Source of the DNA: Chrysomallon squamiferum
Lineage: Eukaryota; Animalia; Mollusca
Assembly: GCA_012295275.1 (NCBI GenBank)
Contig: CM022675.1
Span: forward strand, 8,680,001 to 8,744,000
Direction of reading: 5' to 3'
Length of the DNA: 64,000 nucleotides
The number at the start of each line of letters is the position of its first letter. The stretch's first letter is position 1. This document shows, piece by piece, positions 1 to 13,731 of this stretch. A program made the position numbers and the translations under genes. The notes below the pieces were generated by a model. The model searched no databases. It was not told the origin of the DNA and was given only the letters and a program-made list of their open reading frames with translations.

Positions 1-105
1 TCCTTATTGGATATTGTCTACACACATATTCAGTAACATGATATCCTTATTGGATATCTTCTACACATATTCAGTAACATGATATCCATGTTGGACATTG
101 TCTGA
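1..105. repeat. Minisatellite, unit about 41-43 bp
   Basis: acatattcagtaacatgatatcc(ttat)tgga repeated about 2.5 times. Confidence 0.8.
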
Positions 106-1458
106 TTTTTTTTTAAGCAAAGTAATAGAAATTTTACAAACATGTCAAGCTGGAACACAAAGCCGACAGCAAACACTGTAACACAATGTTCTGTACACTA
201 ATACATGATGCTCACAATGTGCTCACGCTCACAGACGACATTAAACTCATCGTGTTCACAGGTATTTGCTCATGGGAGATGAGACCTTTACTTCCAATTG
301 AATTCGTTCGAGGAATGCCGTGCTCTATTCATTTCATCAGTTCTGCATAGAAAGTAGCTTGTGTGTGTGTCTTTTAGAATGGTTCACTGAGGATGTCTGT
401 ACATATATATTGATAATTTGTTGTGCAGAAGAGGTTTGGTGTGTACGAGTGTGTGACACTGGGTACAGAAAAAGAAAGAAAAAGAAGGACTGATAGAGAG
501 AAAGAAAGACAGAAAGGGTGAGATAGAAAGAAAAGAAAGATGGTGAGACATAAGGAAGAATGAGAGAGAGAGAAAGAATGAAAAAAATATAAGAAAGAAA
601 GAAGGGAAGAGAAAGAGAAAGTAAATTTCAATGAGCTGTTTATGGTTGGCTTATAACTTTTAAGTTGACCACCCTTGAATATGGCTGTACATAAACATAT
701 GTGGTTAAATGTAAAGTAATTGTGTGTGTGTGTGTGTGTGTGTGTAATACTAAAGGTATCTGAGTATGCAATAATGATTACAGTGTAGACAGTGTCTTGT
801 TATGTACACAGAAAGGAGCCTAGTGCTGGTCTTGTTTCTTTTATAAAAAGTTGATAGACTCTGTGAATGTATATAGAAGGAATGTTTTAGTGACTCTGTC
901 TATGTATGTAGACAGAATACTTTATTGAGTGGCTCTGTGCATACTGGAATGTGTTAGAAAGATCTCTAATTTCACCTGTGTGTTAATGTAGCACTTGAAC
1001 TTATTTTCAGTTGGTATATGTGTCTGTCTCTCTTTTCACTTTAGCATAAAGAATTTTCCTTGTAGAATAGAATTTTGCAAACTTTAGCATCTGTCTTTCT
1101 GTATGTATGTGTGCCTGTATTTTTTTATTAAAGCACAGAGAAATCTTTTGTCTTTAGTTTGCCTGTCTGTCTATATATATATATATATATATCTTTGAAT
1201 TTTCATTACATTAAAGTGTACTTGAATCTCTGTCTTTCTCTGTGCCTCTTCATTGTTAATTTTAAGTCCCAGTGTTTGAATTGGTCAACTGAGAACAGAT
1301 CTAAAAGTTCAGATGAAGATTTTAGCTCGTGAATCTTGTCCTCAACTTTTTGATGTGTTTATAACAAACAAAGATGTCTGATTGTGAAATCATCTCAGAT
1401 CTGTACAGAGAGGTTGAATCTTTCAGATAATTTAATTAACAGTGCACTCAACATACTT

Positions 1459-1532
<74 letters not shown>

Positions 1533-2192
1533 CACAAACATATACACATAAAAATATAAAGGTTAAGGATTATAATAAATAAAAAGAGATAAAAAATAAA
1601 ATAAAAAAAAAACCCAGCAGAATTTGTTTCATGTAGAGAGCATAAAAGGTTCACCAAGCCAACAGCGAGTCAAATCTCTGCATGCAGTCGGCCATCTTAA
1701 CAAGGATGTCTTATATACTGACACATTCAGATGTCGGATTCACAATAAATAATAAAACTGAGATATAAAAATATGACAGAGAGATAACAGAAACAGCAAC
1801 ACATAATCAGAAAATGTAAATAAAAAGATGGGACTGCATAGTTTCTTGTCTCATTCTGTTACTTGGCTATCGGGGCTGGCTGCCCTGTATAGTTTGTTAT
1901 CAAAACAAACAGAGATGGAAAGAATCCAAACATGTGGAAGCAGTTTTTGTGTGTGTTGTGATCTGTGTTTAACATTCCAACCTGTGCTCCATCTTGGTTT
2001 ATCAAAGTCTGTGGTATCTGATTTGCTATTCTTATTTATTATAATAATAACAATTACAGTAACAATAACAACAACAACAACAACAACAACAATAACAAAA
2101 TAATAATAGTAAGAAGAAGAAGAAGAGCAACAACAACAACAATTGAACAGGAAACAATAACAGTAAAAATAACAATAATAATTATGATTATA

Positions 2193-2226
<34 letters not shown>

Positions 2227-2435
2227 ATAATAATAATAATAATAAAAATAAATAAATAAATATATAAATAAATAAATTAAAAGTTATGTTTCAAATTTGG
2301 TAACATGCAAAATAGTAATAGGATCAATATGGACATATTAATTCCAAATAAGCTGCATAAAATAATGTTTCAATAAAATATTCAACAACAAAAAATTAAT
2401 TTTACATTTCTTTATCCCAAACTGAGCCTCACACT

Positions 2436-2466
<31 letters not shown>

Positions 2467-2692
2467 AGAAATATTGGATGTATTTTTATTTGCTCTGATA
2501 CATTGCCATGACAGAGATTCCAATATGGCAACCATCTGTAGTTCTAACGCTCTCATTACAGGGAGGAAGATAAATATTTCACCAATTAACTCCTTAACCA
2601 ATCATCCGAGCAGATATTATACTATCTTCCTTCCAGATATTTGTAATAATATCAACGTCTGGTGAACAAGGTTAAAACAACTTAGGTTAATT

Positions 2693-2735
<43 letters not shown>

Positions 2736-5019
2736 TCTTTGACATTTATTTGTTTTTGTTTCTCTCTGCAAGTGAGGTGCTACATTCTTGACAACAATTA
2801 CTGGATAGAAAGTGTTTTTTGATGTCTTTTTCTTTTTTTTTTATTGTCTAATAATTGCCATGTCTGCTTTTAAATGTTCTATTTTATGGTAAATAAAATA
2901 AAAATGAAGATTAATAAATAAAAAAATGAAAGATAAAAAAAAAAGGGGGAAAATAATAGTAGCTGAAAATGATAGTTAAAAGTTGAAAAATGAGACTAAC
3001 GAAGATGATGATTTTGATGATGATTATGAAGAAGAAGAAGATGATGATGATAATTATTATTACAATAAAATTAATAATAATAATAATAATAATAATAATC
3101 ATATTGAAATTATTTTTTTTAAATTAGAATTAAAACTCAAAACAACTTTTATTTTAGAAACTTTTTAAATTTTTGTTTTGATGTCTTTAAAATGAGAATA
3201 AAAGGTAAATAACTGAAAAAAAAAAAAAAAAAAAAAAATACCAGAAATTAAGTATAAATATGAAATTTAAAAAAATATTAAATAAATAGGAAGAAGAAGA
3301 TAAAGGAATAAAAAAAAATAAAATAAAATAAAATAAAAACAATTATAGAAATCAATATTAATTTTGGTATTGGACTTTTCTGTAAGCTGGACAACACATA
3401 TCATAGTCTTTTATAACAAATTACAGAGCACTGTTTTGGAATGGTAAATGTGCCATAGGGACTAACCGCTAAGGATTGATTCGGTTAACCATCGCGGTGA
3501 GGGTTGTACCGTTGGAAGTGAGATTTATAACCCTCGGTTACGTTCAGTAGCATTTTCTGGTTTTGAGTTACACAGTTGTTCCTGTGTCTTATGTCATAAG
3601 CTTCATTTCAAAACCACTCCCACATCCAAGTCTTGTGTTGTACAGATAGGCCTAATTGAACATAAATAATCATGGGAAATTGGGAGCATATTTTTTAAAT
3701 TATATATATATTTTTTTCTTGTTTTCTGAAGTCTAGATTTATTTAGTGCAGTTTAAGCAGATTTCAAAAACCTGCAATGTCAGTGATTTGAACTCCAAAC
3801 ATACGAGTTATGATTTCCCACACATACTGCATCACAATATTTATCTTTAATCAATAATACTTCAAAAATATCCTTAGCATTATAAATTCATAATTTCTGT
3901 TTCCTTTGGAGCTCTTATGTTAGATATTTATGCAGCCTTTTTGTAATTTTAATTTAATTTTTTATTTATTTTTTATTTATTTAAAATGAAGAAAGAAAGA
4001 GAAAAAAAAAATTGATTAAAAATTAAGTTCCAGCTTGTAGTCTTGTACTTGACTTAATACATGATTCAGAGTATAGGGTCACATATTGATATACTTTTAA
4101 AGCTTACAATGTTGTTCTTTCTATCTCTAATTTGTTTTCAAAAGTTCTGTATTTTTCTTGTTGATAATGCTGTTTTCTTAACTGTTCTATTCATTGAAGG
4201 AAACGAGATAAGAAATAGTTTTCCAGAAAGTTGTGTTTTTGTTGGAGAAACTCTGATATACAAACTGATATTTGAAAATGCAAAAGATGCGAAAAACAAA
4301 CAATCTAAATGATGAAAATATAAACCTCACTAGAGTTATCTACTCAAAAATAATGTTTTCTACATAACTAGTTCTGCTAAAAAGTCTTTCACTTTCAAGC
4401 TGCCAAAGTAAATAAATAATAAAATAAATAAATAAATAAATAAACAGAGGGAAAAATGAAAATAAAATAAATCCATAAATAATAAAATAAATAAATAGCT
4501 AAAAAAAATTAAAAACAAATTAACTAAAATTTAAAAATAAATAACAATAATAATAAAAAATTTCGTTTAACTATTTTTGCTACAAGTCTTCTATTGCAAC
4601 AACTACTACAACAACAATAATAAACATAATCATGAAGACATTAAACTGATCATCTGAAAGCTATGAGAAAATTATCTTTTTCTTTTCAAACTTGCATTCA
4701 TGATAACGAACATTCCTTCATACTTTTTCTCTCTCTCTCCCTTCACTGCTCATTTTATTTCTTCTTTTCTCTCTCTCTCTTTTTTTTTTACCCCAAACTT
4801 TATCACCAGCTCTGTCATATTTTTGTTCCAGTGACTAGGTTTCAATTACAGAAAAACACATTACAACTCTTGACAAGAATGTTCATCTATAGCTAAACAC
4901 TTTTTTCTTTCTTTTCCTTTTTTTTTTTTTTTTTTTTTTTTTCCACAGATTTAAAAATGTTAACTTTCTATTACTCCATAGGAGTTCTTTGTGTCAAAGA
5001 AATTCAGTGACTGAATTTG

Positions 5020-5800
5020 GCTATCAGTTTTTTAATATCACCAATGACACAGTAGAAATCTTTTATTATGAGTGTTTTTTACAGTACAAATGTCTGCATG
5101 ATAAATCTTTTAATATCACCATGAACACAACAAATCTTTTATCAGTATTTTTAATATTATGAGTTAATCTTTTATTGAGTAATTTTAATATGACCAGGAA
5201 AGAAATAAAACTGTTTATTAGTGTTTTGGTTTATCATACACATGACAAATCTTTTATCTGTGTTTTTAATGTTGCTATACACACAACAACTCTTTTTATC
5301 AGCTCAAACACTTAAGTTGTCTTTTATTAGTACTTGTTAATATAATGTACACAACAGTAATATTTTATCAGTATTTTAATTTCAAATTGCACAAAATTCT
5401 TTTAAGCATGTTTTATCGTTCAGATGAATAAGCTTTTATAAGTATTTTTACAGTGCATATAACAAATTTTTGACTTTAAAAAAAAAAGTATTACTGTGTA
5501 CAAACAAAAATCTTTACCAGACTTTTTTAATATCATTGTGCAAATAAATAAAATTCTTTTATCAGTGTTTTATTACCATAAATATGGTGAATCTTTTATC
5601 AATATTTTAAATATAACCATACACATGACAAATCTTTTATCAGTATTTAAATATCACCACACATGTGATAAATATTGTATCGATTTTTTAACCATCACCA
5701 TAGACATGACAAATCTTTTATCAGTGTGTTTAATATTACTATGCACACGACAGAATTCTTTTATCAGTATTTTTAAATTTTTATATTCTATTTTATCAAG
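5020..5800. repeat. Degenerate minisatellite, unit about 40 bp
   Basis: Recurring acatgacaaatcttttatcagtgtttttaatatcacc. Confidence 0.8.
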
Positions 5801-5979
5801 TGCATGCTGCTGTAAAAAAGAAAACTTGTAAACAATTTTGCTTTTTTATTGCTGTTTTATCAGTCCAATCACAGCAGGGTAATATCCAGGGCGGCCATTT
5901 TACCTTCCTTTGAATTAAACAGAACTAAGAGTTTTTAAATCTGCACAGCTGGGGCAAAGAAATAAAACTCAGATTCTGT

Positions 5980-6390
5980 TTATTAATGTTTTAGATAACT
6001 TTTTTAATATTTCAGATAACTTTTTGATATCCCAGACAACTTTTTATTATTCCGGATAACATTTATTAGTATCCTAGATAACGTTTTTAATATTCCAAGA
6101 AGACGTTTTGTTAATATGCTAGATAATGTTTTATTAATGCCATAGTTAATTTTGATTTATATCTTATATAATTTGTTTTTTTATTTTAGATAACATGTTA
6201 CTATCCTAGATGATTTTTATTAATATTTTGTATGACATATTAATGTACTAGATAACATTTGTTAATAACCTAAACAACACTTATTAACATTCTAGGTGAC
6301 TTTTTAATATCCTAGATAACATTAATTAGATGACTTTTGATATCCTAGAAGCCTTATTAATATTCTACATAACTTTTATTAATATCTGAA
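5980..6390. repeat. Degenerate minisatellite, unit about 21-24 bp
   Basis: Recurring cctagataactttttaatat. Confidence 0.8.
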
Positions 6391-8202
6391 ATATTTGTAA
6401 TTTATGTAGATTTTACTTTCTGTTTTCTTCTTTTTTCATTTATGCTTCTTATGTTCTCTTTTAACTTTTCATATTTGATTTGTTTTTTCTTGTTCCCATT
6501 TTTCTTTAGCTTTGTTTTTCTTTAAATTTTAAATATTTATTTTATTCTTTTTATATCTTTTCTGTATTGTCATTTTTTTTCTTATTTCTTTTCTTTCTTT
6601 CTTCAACTTTTCTCTTCATATACTTCTTTTTCTTCCTTTTTAATCTTTTTTTTTCCTTTTAATGTATTTTCATTTGTTTCCTTCTTTTTTTTTTCTTCTT
6701 ACTTTTTTTTTTAAACAAGCAAACCCATTTGAGACCTCTAAATTTTTTTTTGATTTTTTTTTTTTCCACCTCTCCTCCTTTCCTTCTCATAAAAACGTGA
6801 GAGTATGATTCAAGATAGATCAAATTTCATATGCAAACATTTTGAGGCCTGCTCTCAGAGTTGATGGTTTGTTAAACATACAGTTAGTCAGTAGGAAATG
6901 CCTATATAATAAGTAGTTATGGGGTTTATCCTTCATGTGGCAGACATCTTGTAAACAGAAGGATTAGAAGATGAAGAGATGAGAGACTGGAAAGCAAAAA
7001 AATGGATGAAAGGGAATCAAGAGGAAAAAAGTGTGGGGGAAGCAGGAGAAAAGAGAAAGAAAGAAAGAAAGAAAAAAGAGAAAGAAAGAAAGAAAGAAAA
7101 GAGAGAAAGAAAGAGGGAAAAAGAAAGAAGAGAAAAAGCAAAGGAAGAATAAAAAGGAGATGGGAAAAAAGACAAGAGGATCCAATTAAGAAAAAAGAAA
7201 ATGGAGATTATAATAGGAAAGGAAGAAGGAACGAAAAGGAAGGAGATATAAAATGAAGTGTTAGGCAATTAGGGAGGAAGGAGAGAAAAGAGCAATATAT
7301 AAAATTAAAGGAAGAAATGAAAAGAAGGGAAGATGGGAACGGAAGAAAGAAAAAAGGGAGGGAGATATTAAAGAAAACAGAAGATAAAAAGGAAACAACA
7401 ATTTAGAAGGAAGAATGAAAGAAAGTAAGGGAAGAAAAAAGAATAGAACAAGAAAAGAAAGATACAAAAAGGAGAATAATCAGAAGGGAAGGGATATAAA
7501 AAAAATGAGGGGGTAATGGAAGAAAGAAGAAAAAAGGAGCAATGGGAGAAATAAAGAAAGAAGGAAGGAAGAAAAGAAATTAGGATAAGAAACAGGAGAT
7601 GAACAAAGGACTCAAAAATAAAGAAAGGATTAAAAAAAAAGTCAAAAAAAAAATTGTTTGGAACAGAAGAAAAAAAAGCCCACAACAAAACAACACCTCC
7701 ATATGTTAGCTAAACCTGATCTACGAGATTACAACAGTTTTTAACTGAGACAAGTAGTCATTTCCTCTTTTTTCACTCAAATTATAAAAACTCCACCGAT
7801 TTCATATTAAAAATATTTATCATGAAGAGATTTCTTTTCTTTTTTTTTCTCCTTTCTCTCTCTTTTTTAATAATCCTCTCTCTCTCTGAACACTTTTTTC
7901 GTTTCTTCTCCTTCTTTTATTTGTTCAGTTTGCAGATACCTAGCCAGGGTTTACACAAGGGGATTTAAATTCATACTCGACAGCGTTGTTAAGAAGCTGT
8001 GACAGCCGATGCTGGGCCTTATAAAAGATGAGTTACCGGCTTGACTGCATTTTTATAATGTGTGCTCCAAAGTTGTTGGGGGGAAATTCATACAGGAATT
8101 TGGCATCTCTGATACCAGAGGTGAAACACGATCAAACTATTTGTCCTTTGTTGGAGCTGTTTTAATCACCTCTCTTCAAACATCTCTGTGTTAAAGAGTA
8201 AT

Positions 8203-8302
8203 GTGTAGTGCAGTTTAGTGGTTGATTATTTGCCTGAGGCATGGTAGGTCAGGGGATCAAACCTCTTGGCATTTTTGCTGATCAGGAATTTTCCTGTTCC
8301 AG
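8203..8302 (+). mobile_element. Degenerate tRNA-derived SINE-like fragment
   Basis: A-box-like gtgcagtttagtggtt and B-box-like ggatcaaacc at tRNA-head spacing. Confidence 0.4.
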
Positions 8303-8570
8303 ACATATTTATTTACTTAATCATTCACTGATTAGAAATTGATAATTAAATAAAATTAATGAAAGGAATTTTAGAAAGAATTTTTAAACCTGTTCTAAAT
8401 ATTAGTGTTAATTTTAGCCATATTTGAATATTAGATAATTACAAATTAAATAAAGATGTTAACTTCATCAGCAAAATTATTCATAGAGCACTTATAGGTG
8501 TTATTTCTAACCAGTGTTAGATTTTTTATAATTACAAAACTGATAAAAACTAAAATAATGCTCAAGCACT

Positions 8571-8602
<32 letters not shown>

Positions 8603-9559
8603 AACCACTAGTAGTCTGAATTAAGTAGATAAAATATTTCTTCCATGAAAACTCACAGTTATACATATATCAAAAAAGCATAATATTTAAATTCTTTTAA
8701 TTAAAATATGTGTGAAGTGTTGTTAAACATTTATTCTCATTAATGAAACCTAACTGTCGCAGTCTAAATTATATATTTGTATTTTTGTTTAACAACATCT
8801 CTAACACAAAAATTAAACTGCAAATTGGGTGTGCAGTCTGAATTTAGTAAACCAAAAATGTCTCCACCAGTCATTCAAGTTCACAATTATTTAAAAAAAA
8901 AAAAAAAATAAAATAAATAAATAAATAAAATAAAATTATAAAATTAAAAACTATTAATTAAAAGTTACATGGGATGTTGTCAAACAGGAATTTTCCATTC
9001 ACTCGTTTATTTCATTTTCTACTAACAAAGCTGAAATACCACGGTCGAAATCTTTGGTCACAGAAACATTCTACAGGGTTCTGCCAGCTCATAAAACAGC
9101 TTATCAAACAAGCATACTTCATAACCTGTGAAAAGAAGATCACACAAACACACAAAAAAAAAACACAAAAAAAACCTCGGTGTGTAATTCACACACACAC
9201 AGTAAACATCATCTACCGAGAACTACTGTTATAATAAACCTTTTCATTTTGCTCTATCGGATAAACCGTGTAGGTACATACAGCCGGTATACCCTACACC
9301 CGATAACAGAAAGCAGTGCCGGTATTGTACAAGGAGAGAGAAGAGTTTATATTGTCAGCTCGCTCATTCACTGATTTCTTCACTGTAAACTGCCAGTAGC
9401 CTGCACCCAGGATGAGAGCCAGGTTGCTTTTGTCGGTGACAAAGACGTTGCATTGTCCTTTCTGTCATTCAGCGGCCTCGCGAACCTAACACCCTGCTTG
9501 AGTGTGAAGTCTCTTTTGTGCAGGAGAAACAAGTTGTATTGTCAGTGGTCTTCCATTGC

Positions 9560-10980
9560 TCTGCTTACACCCAGCAGACTGATAGAACAGTTGGTTTATT
9601 CATAAGAATTATCTGTAATCTTGTTTAGCCGTCATCATATACTTTTGCTTACACCCAGTGGTATAGAAAAATTATTTTATTTAGAAGAATTATCTGTAAT
9701 CTTATTTAGCCGTCATCATATACTTTTGCTTGCACCCAGTGGTATAGAAAAATTATTTTATTTCATGAGAATTATCTGTAATCTTGTTTAACCGTCATCA
9801 TATACTTTTGCTTACACCCAGTGGTATAGAAAAATTATTTTATTTCATGAGAATTATCTGTAATCTTGTTCTTCATCCTTTGTGTATACTCCCAGTATGA
9901 TGGCAGAGATGTTTTTATTAGTAAGAATTATCTGTAATCTTATTCATCCTTCTTCATATATATCTGCCTACACCCTGTGTAATACCAGAGATATCTCATT
10001 TCTAAGAATTATCTTAAATCTTATTCATCGTTCTTTGCCTACTTTCTGTATGTTAGCAGAGATATTTTATTCGTAACAATAAAATTGTCCTATCTTCTTA
10101 TAACTTGACTACATCCAGTTGAATAGCAGTTATTTTATTCATAAAAATTATCCACAATATTATTCAGCGTTCTTGTAACTTGCTGTAATCAACAGGATAA
10201 CAGTTATTTTATTTATAATGATTAGCTTGTCCATAATCTTCTTCAGCCTTTTTCATATACTTTGCCTACATCCAGTAAAAGAGAAGTCATTTTATTTATA
10301 AGAATAAATTTGTCCAAACGTCTTATAATTTGCCTACACTGAAAAAGGATAGAAGTTATTTTATTCATAAGAATGAAGTTGTCCTAACTTCTTATTCAGT
10401 ATTCTTCATATAGTTTGTCAATAAACAAAAGGATAGCAGAGATATTTTATTAATAAGAATAAATTAGTCCTAACTTTTTCTAACTTGCCTACATCCAGAA
10501 GGATAACAGTCTCTGCTTAAACATGATCCTCTAGGATAACAGAGATATTTTATTCTTTAAAATTATCATTAATCTTATTCAGCCTTCTTATATCTTGCTT
10601 ATACCCAGTGTGATAACAGAGATATTCTATTCTTAAACATTATCCATAATCTTATTCCCCCATCTTCTTATTCCTTATTTATTACACCCAGGAGATTATT
10701 TTATTCATAAGAATTTTTTTTCCATAATCTTATTCACCCATCTTCTTATTCCTTATTTATTACACCCAGGAGATTATTTTATTCATAAGAATTTTTTTCC
10801 ACAATCTTATTCATCCATATTCTTATTCCTTATTTATTACACCCAGGAGATTATTTTATTCATAAGAATTTTTTTCCATAGTCTTATTCACTCATATTCT
10901 TATTCCTTATTTATTACACCCAGGAGATTATTTTATTCATAAGAATTTTTTTTTCCATAATCTTATTCAACCTTCTTGTT
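9560..10980. repeat. Large minisatellite, unit about 80-84 bp, with young near-identical sub-arrays at about 9600-9870 and 10645-10970
   Basis: Recurring ataagaattatctgtaatcttatt...tacacccag...attttattc. Confidence 0.9.
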
Positions 10981-11421
10981 TACACCTTGCAGAATATACC
11001 TGCTTATTTGCATTATAACTGCAAAGATGACTGAAGCATATTGTCTAACAACAGTAGGGCTGTGTAATACTGCTTGTATTGTATAGTTATAGTGTTGTAT
11101 ACTGTTCACTGTTGTTCAGGTATCTCTGTTACCCAGTCTGTGTACTATGACCCTGTGACAAAAGGTTCTTCTGCCATGGGGGAAATTAATTGCGACCTTA
11201 TCTTGAGGTCACTGACAAACTGGTGATGGAAATGGTTATATCCGGTTGGGGGATTGGGGGAGGGGGTGGTTGGACTAAAACTTTTCATCAATAGCTAATA
11301 GTGACTGTTGAATGAATTTAAAAAAAAAAATAATAATAATGATGATGATGATGATGATAAAATAGTAGTAGTAGTAATACTGATAATAATAATTATATAA
11401 TAATAATAATAGTAATAAAAT

Positions 11422-11487
<66 letters not shown>

Positions 11488-12122
11488 TAGAATAAGAAGA
11501 ATTAGAAGAAGGAAAATAGTGAAATATATTTTGCAGTTTTAATGTATGATCATAAACCTTTGGGAAAAGTAATTTTTCATTGTTGTCAGACAGTAACAGT
11601 TCAGTAATAAAAACAGCAATTATAATAAAACTTTATGTGCAGGTGTGGAGTTTAGGTATCCATATTTATTGTTACACCATTAGATATATTTAAAACATTA
11701 ATAACAAGAAATAAAGAAATAATAATAATAATTAAAATAACAATTGAATAAGAATAAGAAGAATAATGATGATATTGATAATAACAATAGTAATAATAGT
11801 GATGATAATAAAAATAATAATTATGATTATTATTAGAACACTATAATAATAAAAGTAGTAGTAATAGTAGGATGATACTAGCAGTAATAGTTGTAATACT
11901 AACAATATAACAATAATAACAACAATAATTATGATAGTAAAAAAACAAATAATGATAAATTTAAAAAAACAGTAGTGATAACATTAATTGTAGAGATAAC
12001 AACAGGAACAACAACAACAACAACAACTACATAATTTCACAAAAGTTTTCAGAGAAAAATAAAAATATTTAAACTTGCTATTCCCATCACCACATGAAAA
12101 CATTTTAACTCTCACAATCCAA

Positions 12123-12159
<37 letters not shown>

Positions 12160-12343
12160 TTCTAAATTCATACATCTAACTTATATTGTGAAAACTGCAA
12201 CTTTTAATAATAATAATAATAATAATAAAAAAATCTCTCTGACTCCTTTTTCCTATAAATGCCAGTTTTTTTTCATCCATTGCTTACAGTAATGAATTTT
12301 TAATGACAGTTTTAACATTACTCCAGGGTTTCAGCAAATTCTT

Positions 12344-12392
<49 letters not shown>

Positions 12393-12444
12393 ACACTTTG
12401 AGGCAAAAAATAAAGATTCTGTAGATAAAAAAAAAGATTTCATA

Positions 12445-13205
12445 ACAACAGCAAGTGGTTGGAAATGTTATGAACTCTCACCTTGAGGTTTCAAGTTCAA
12501 ATCCCGTCGTTGGAGATTACAAATCTTGGCTGAATTTTCTAGTTCATTTAACTGATAAAGCTTCAAACTCTTAATTTTTGGGAGGTGATCAGGGTTCAGA
12601 TCCTATCAGTGGAGGTTAGAAATTGTAAAATACTGATTGAATTTCTTTTATATGGAAAAGCAGTAAACTATAACCGTGAGGATCCTGGTTCAAAACCTGA
12701 CAGAGGAAATTATAATTACAAGATTTGTTTTGAATTTCACAGTTGGTAAAACAATGAACGCCAACCAACACTGAGGATTCTAGTTCAAGTCCTGTCACAA
12801 AACAAATATCAAAATCTGGATTGAAAATTGCAATGTTCTTTTAGTTGGTAAAGGAAAGAACTCTCATCTTCAGGATTTTGGTTCAAATCCTGTTTGTGGA
12901 CATTGCATATATTCCAAAATACATTGAATTTCACTTTTCATTTAACTGATAAAGAAATAAACTGCCACCTTGAGTATCATGGTTCTAGTCCCATCTCTAG
13001 GAGATATAAATTGTAAAATTTTAATTAAAATTTTCCATTCATTTCAGTTGGTAAAGCTTTGAACTCTCATCCTGAGGACACAAGTTCAAATCCTGTCATA
13101 GCTGATTATAAATTTCAAATTTTTTACTTAATTTCACTATTTATTTTGTTTGTATGACAGGACCTCTGATGCAAAAGATTCTGGTTTAAATCCTGGCATT
13201 GGAAG
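12445..13205 (+). repeat. Tandem array of 8 tRNA-like (SINE-head) units, period about 95-103 bp
   Basis: Each unit has an A-box-like (c)agttggtaaa, a loop aactctcacct and a B-box-like GGTTCAAATCC. B-boxes lie near 12494, 12594, 12687, 12783, 12880, 12981, 13084 and 13183. Confidence 0.8.
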
Positions 13206-13692
13206 TTGGGTGATGTTGTACATTTGTTGCTTAATTTACAACAATACCATTTCTAGAATATTAATTTGTTTCTACATTTGAATTATTTAATTAAATTATT
13301 TAAAGTTTTAATAAATAGATCACATTTAATAAATAAATAAATAAATAAATATTGTTTATTTTTTTTAAAATGTCTTAAAAAATAAAGAAATATTTATTTA
13401 ATTTTTAGTTAAAATTATCTTAATTATTTATTAGATAAATAAAGAATGAATAAGTAAGTGAAAACACGGAAAACATCAAAAACCAAAACAAAATTAAGAA
13501 ATTAAAAATTATATAAACAAAAGAATAACAAGAATGCCAGAAAACAACAACTAAAGAAATAAAAAGAAAAGCACCAGTAATAATGATTATTAAAATAAAA
13601 ACAGTTGATGCTGTTACTATTGGTACTACAACTACTACTACTACTACTACTACAGCTACATTTACTAATAATAACAACAATATTAGTAACAG

Positions 13693-13731
<39 letters not shown>

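Noticed and set aside
2474-2665. 63-aa ORF as the missing first Gli coding exon
   Set aside because: Non-ATG start, no GLI similarity and no convincing phase-1 donor before the stop.
6960-7690. K/R/E-rich ORF in a purine-rich tract (also 29860-30420)
   Set aside because: Low-complexity GA-rich DNA without splice signals or domain content.
12445-13205. Functional tRNA gene cluster or CRISPR-like array
   Set aside because: The units lack intact acceptor and anticodon stems and are mutually degenerate. There is no constant repeat with unique spacers and no cas genes, and the context is eukaryotic.
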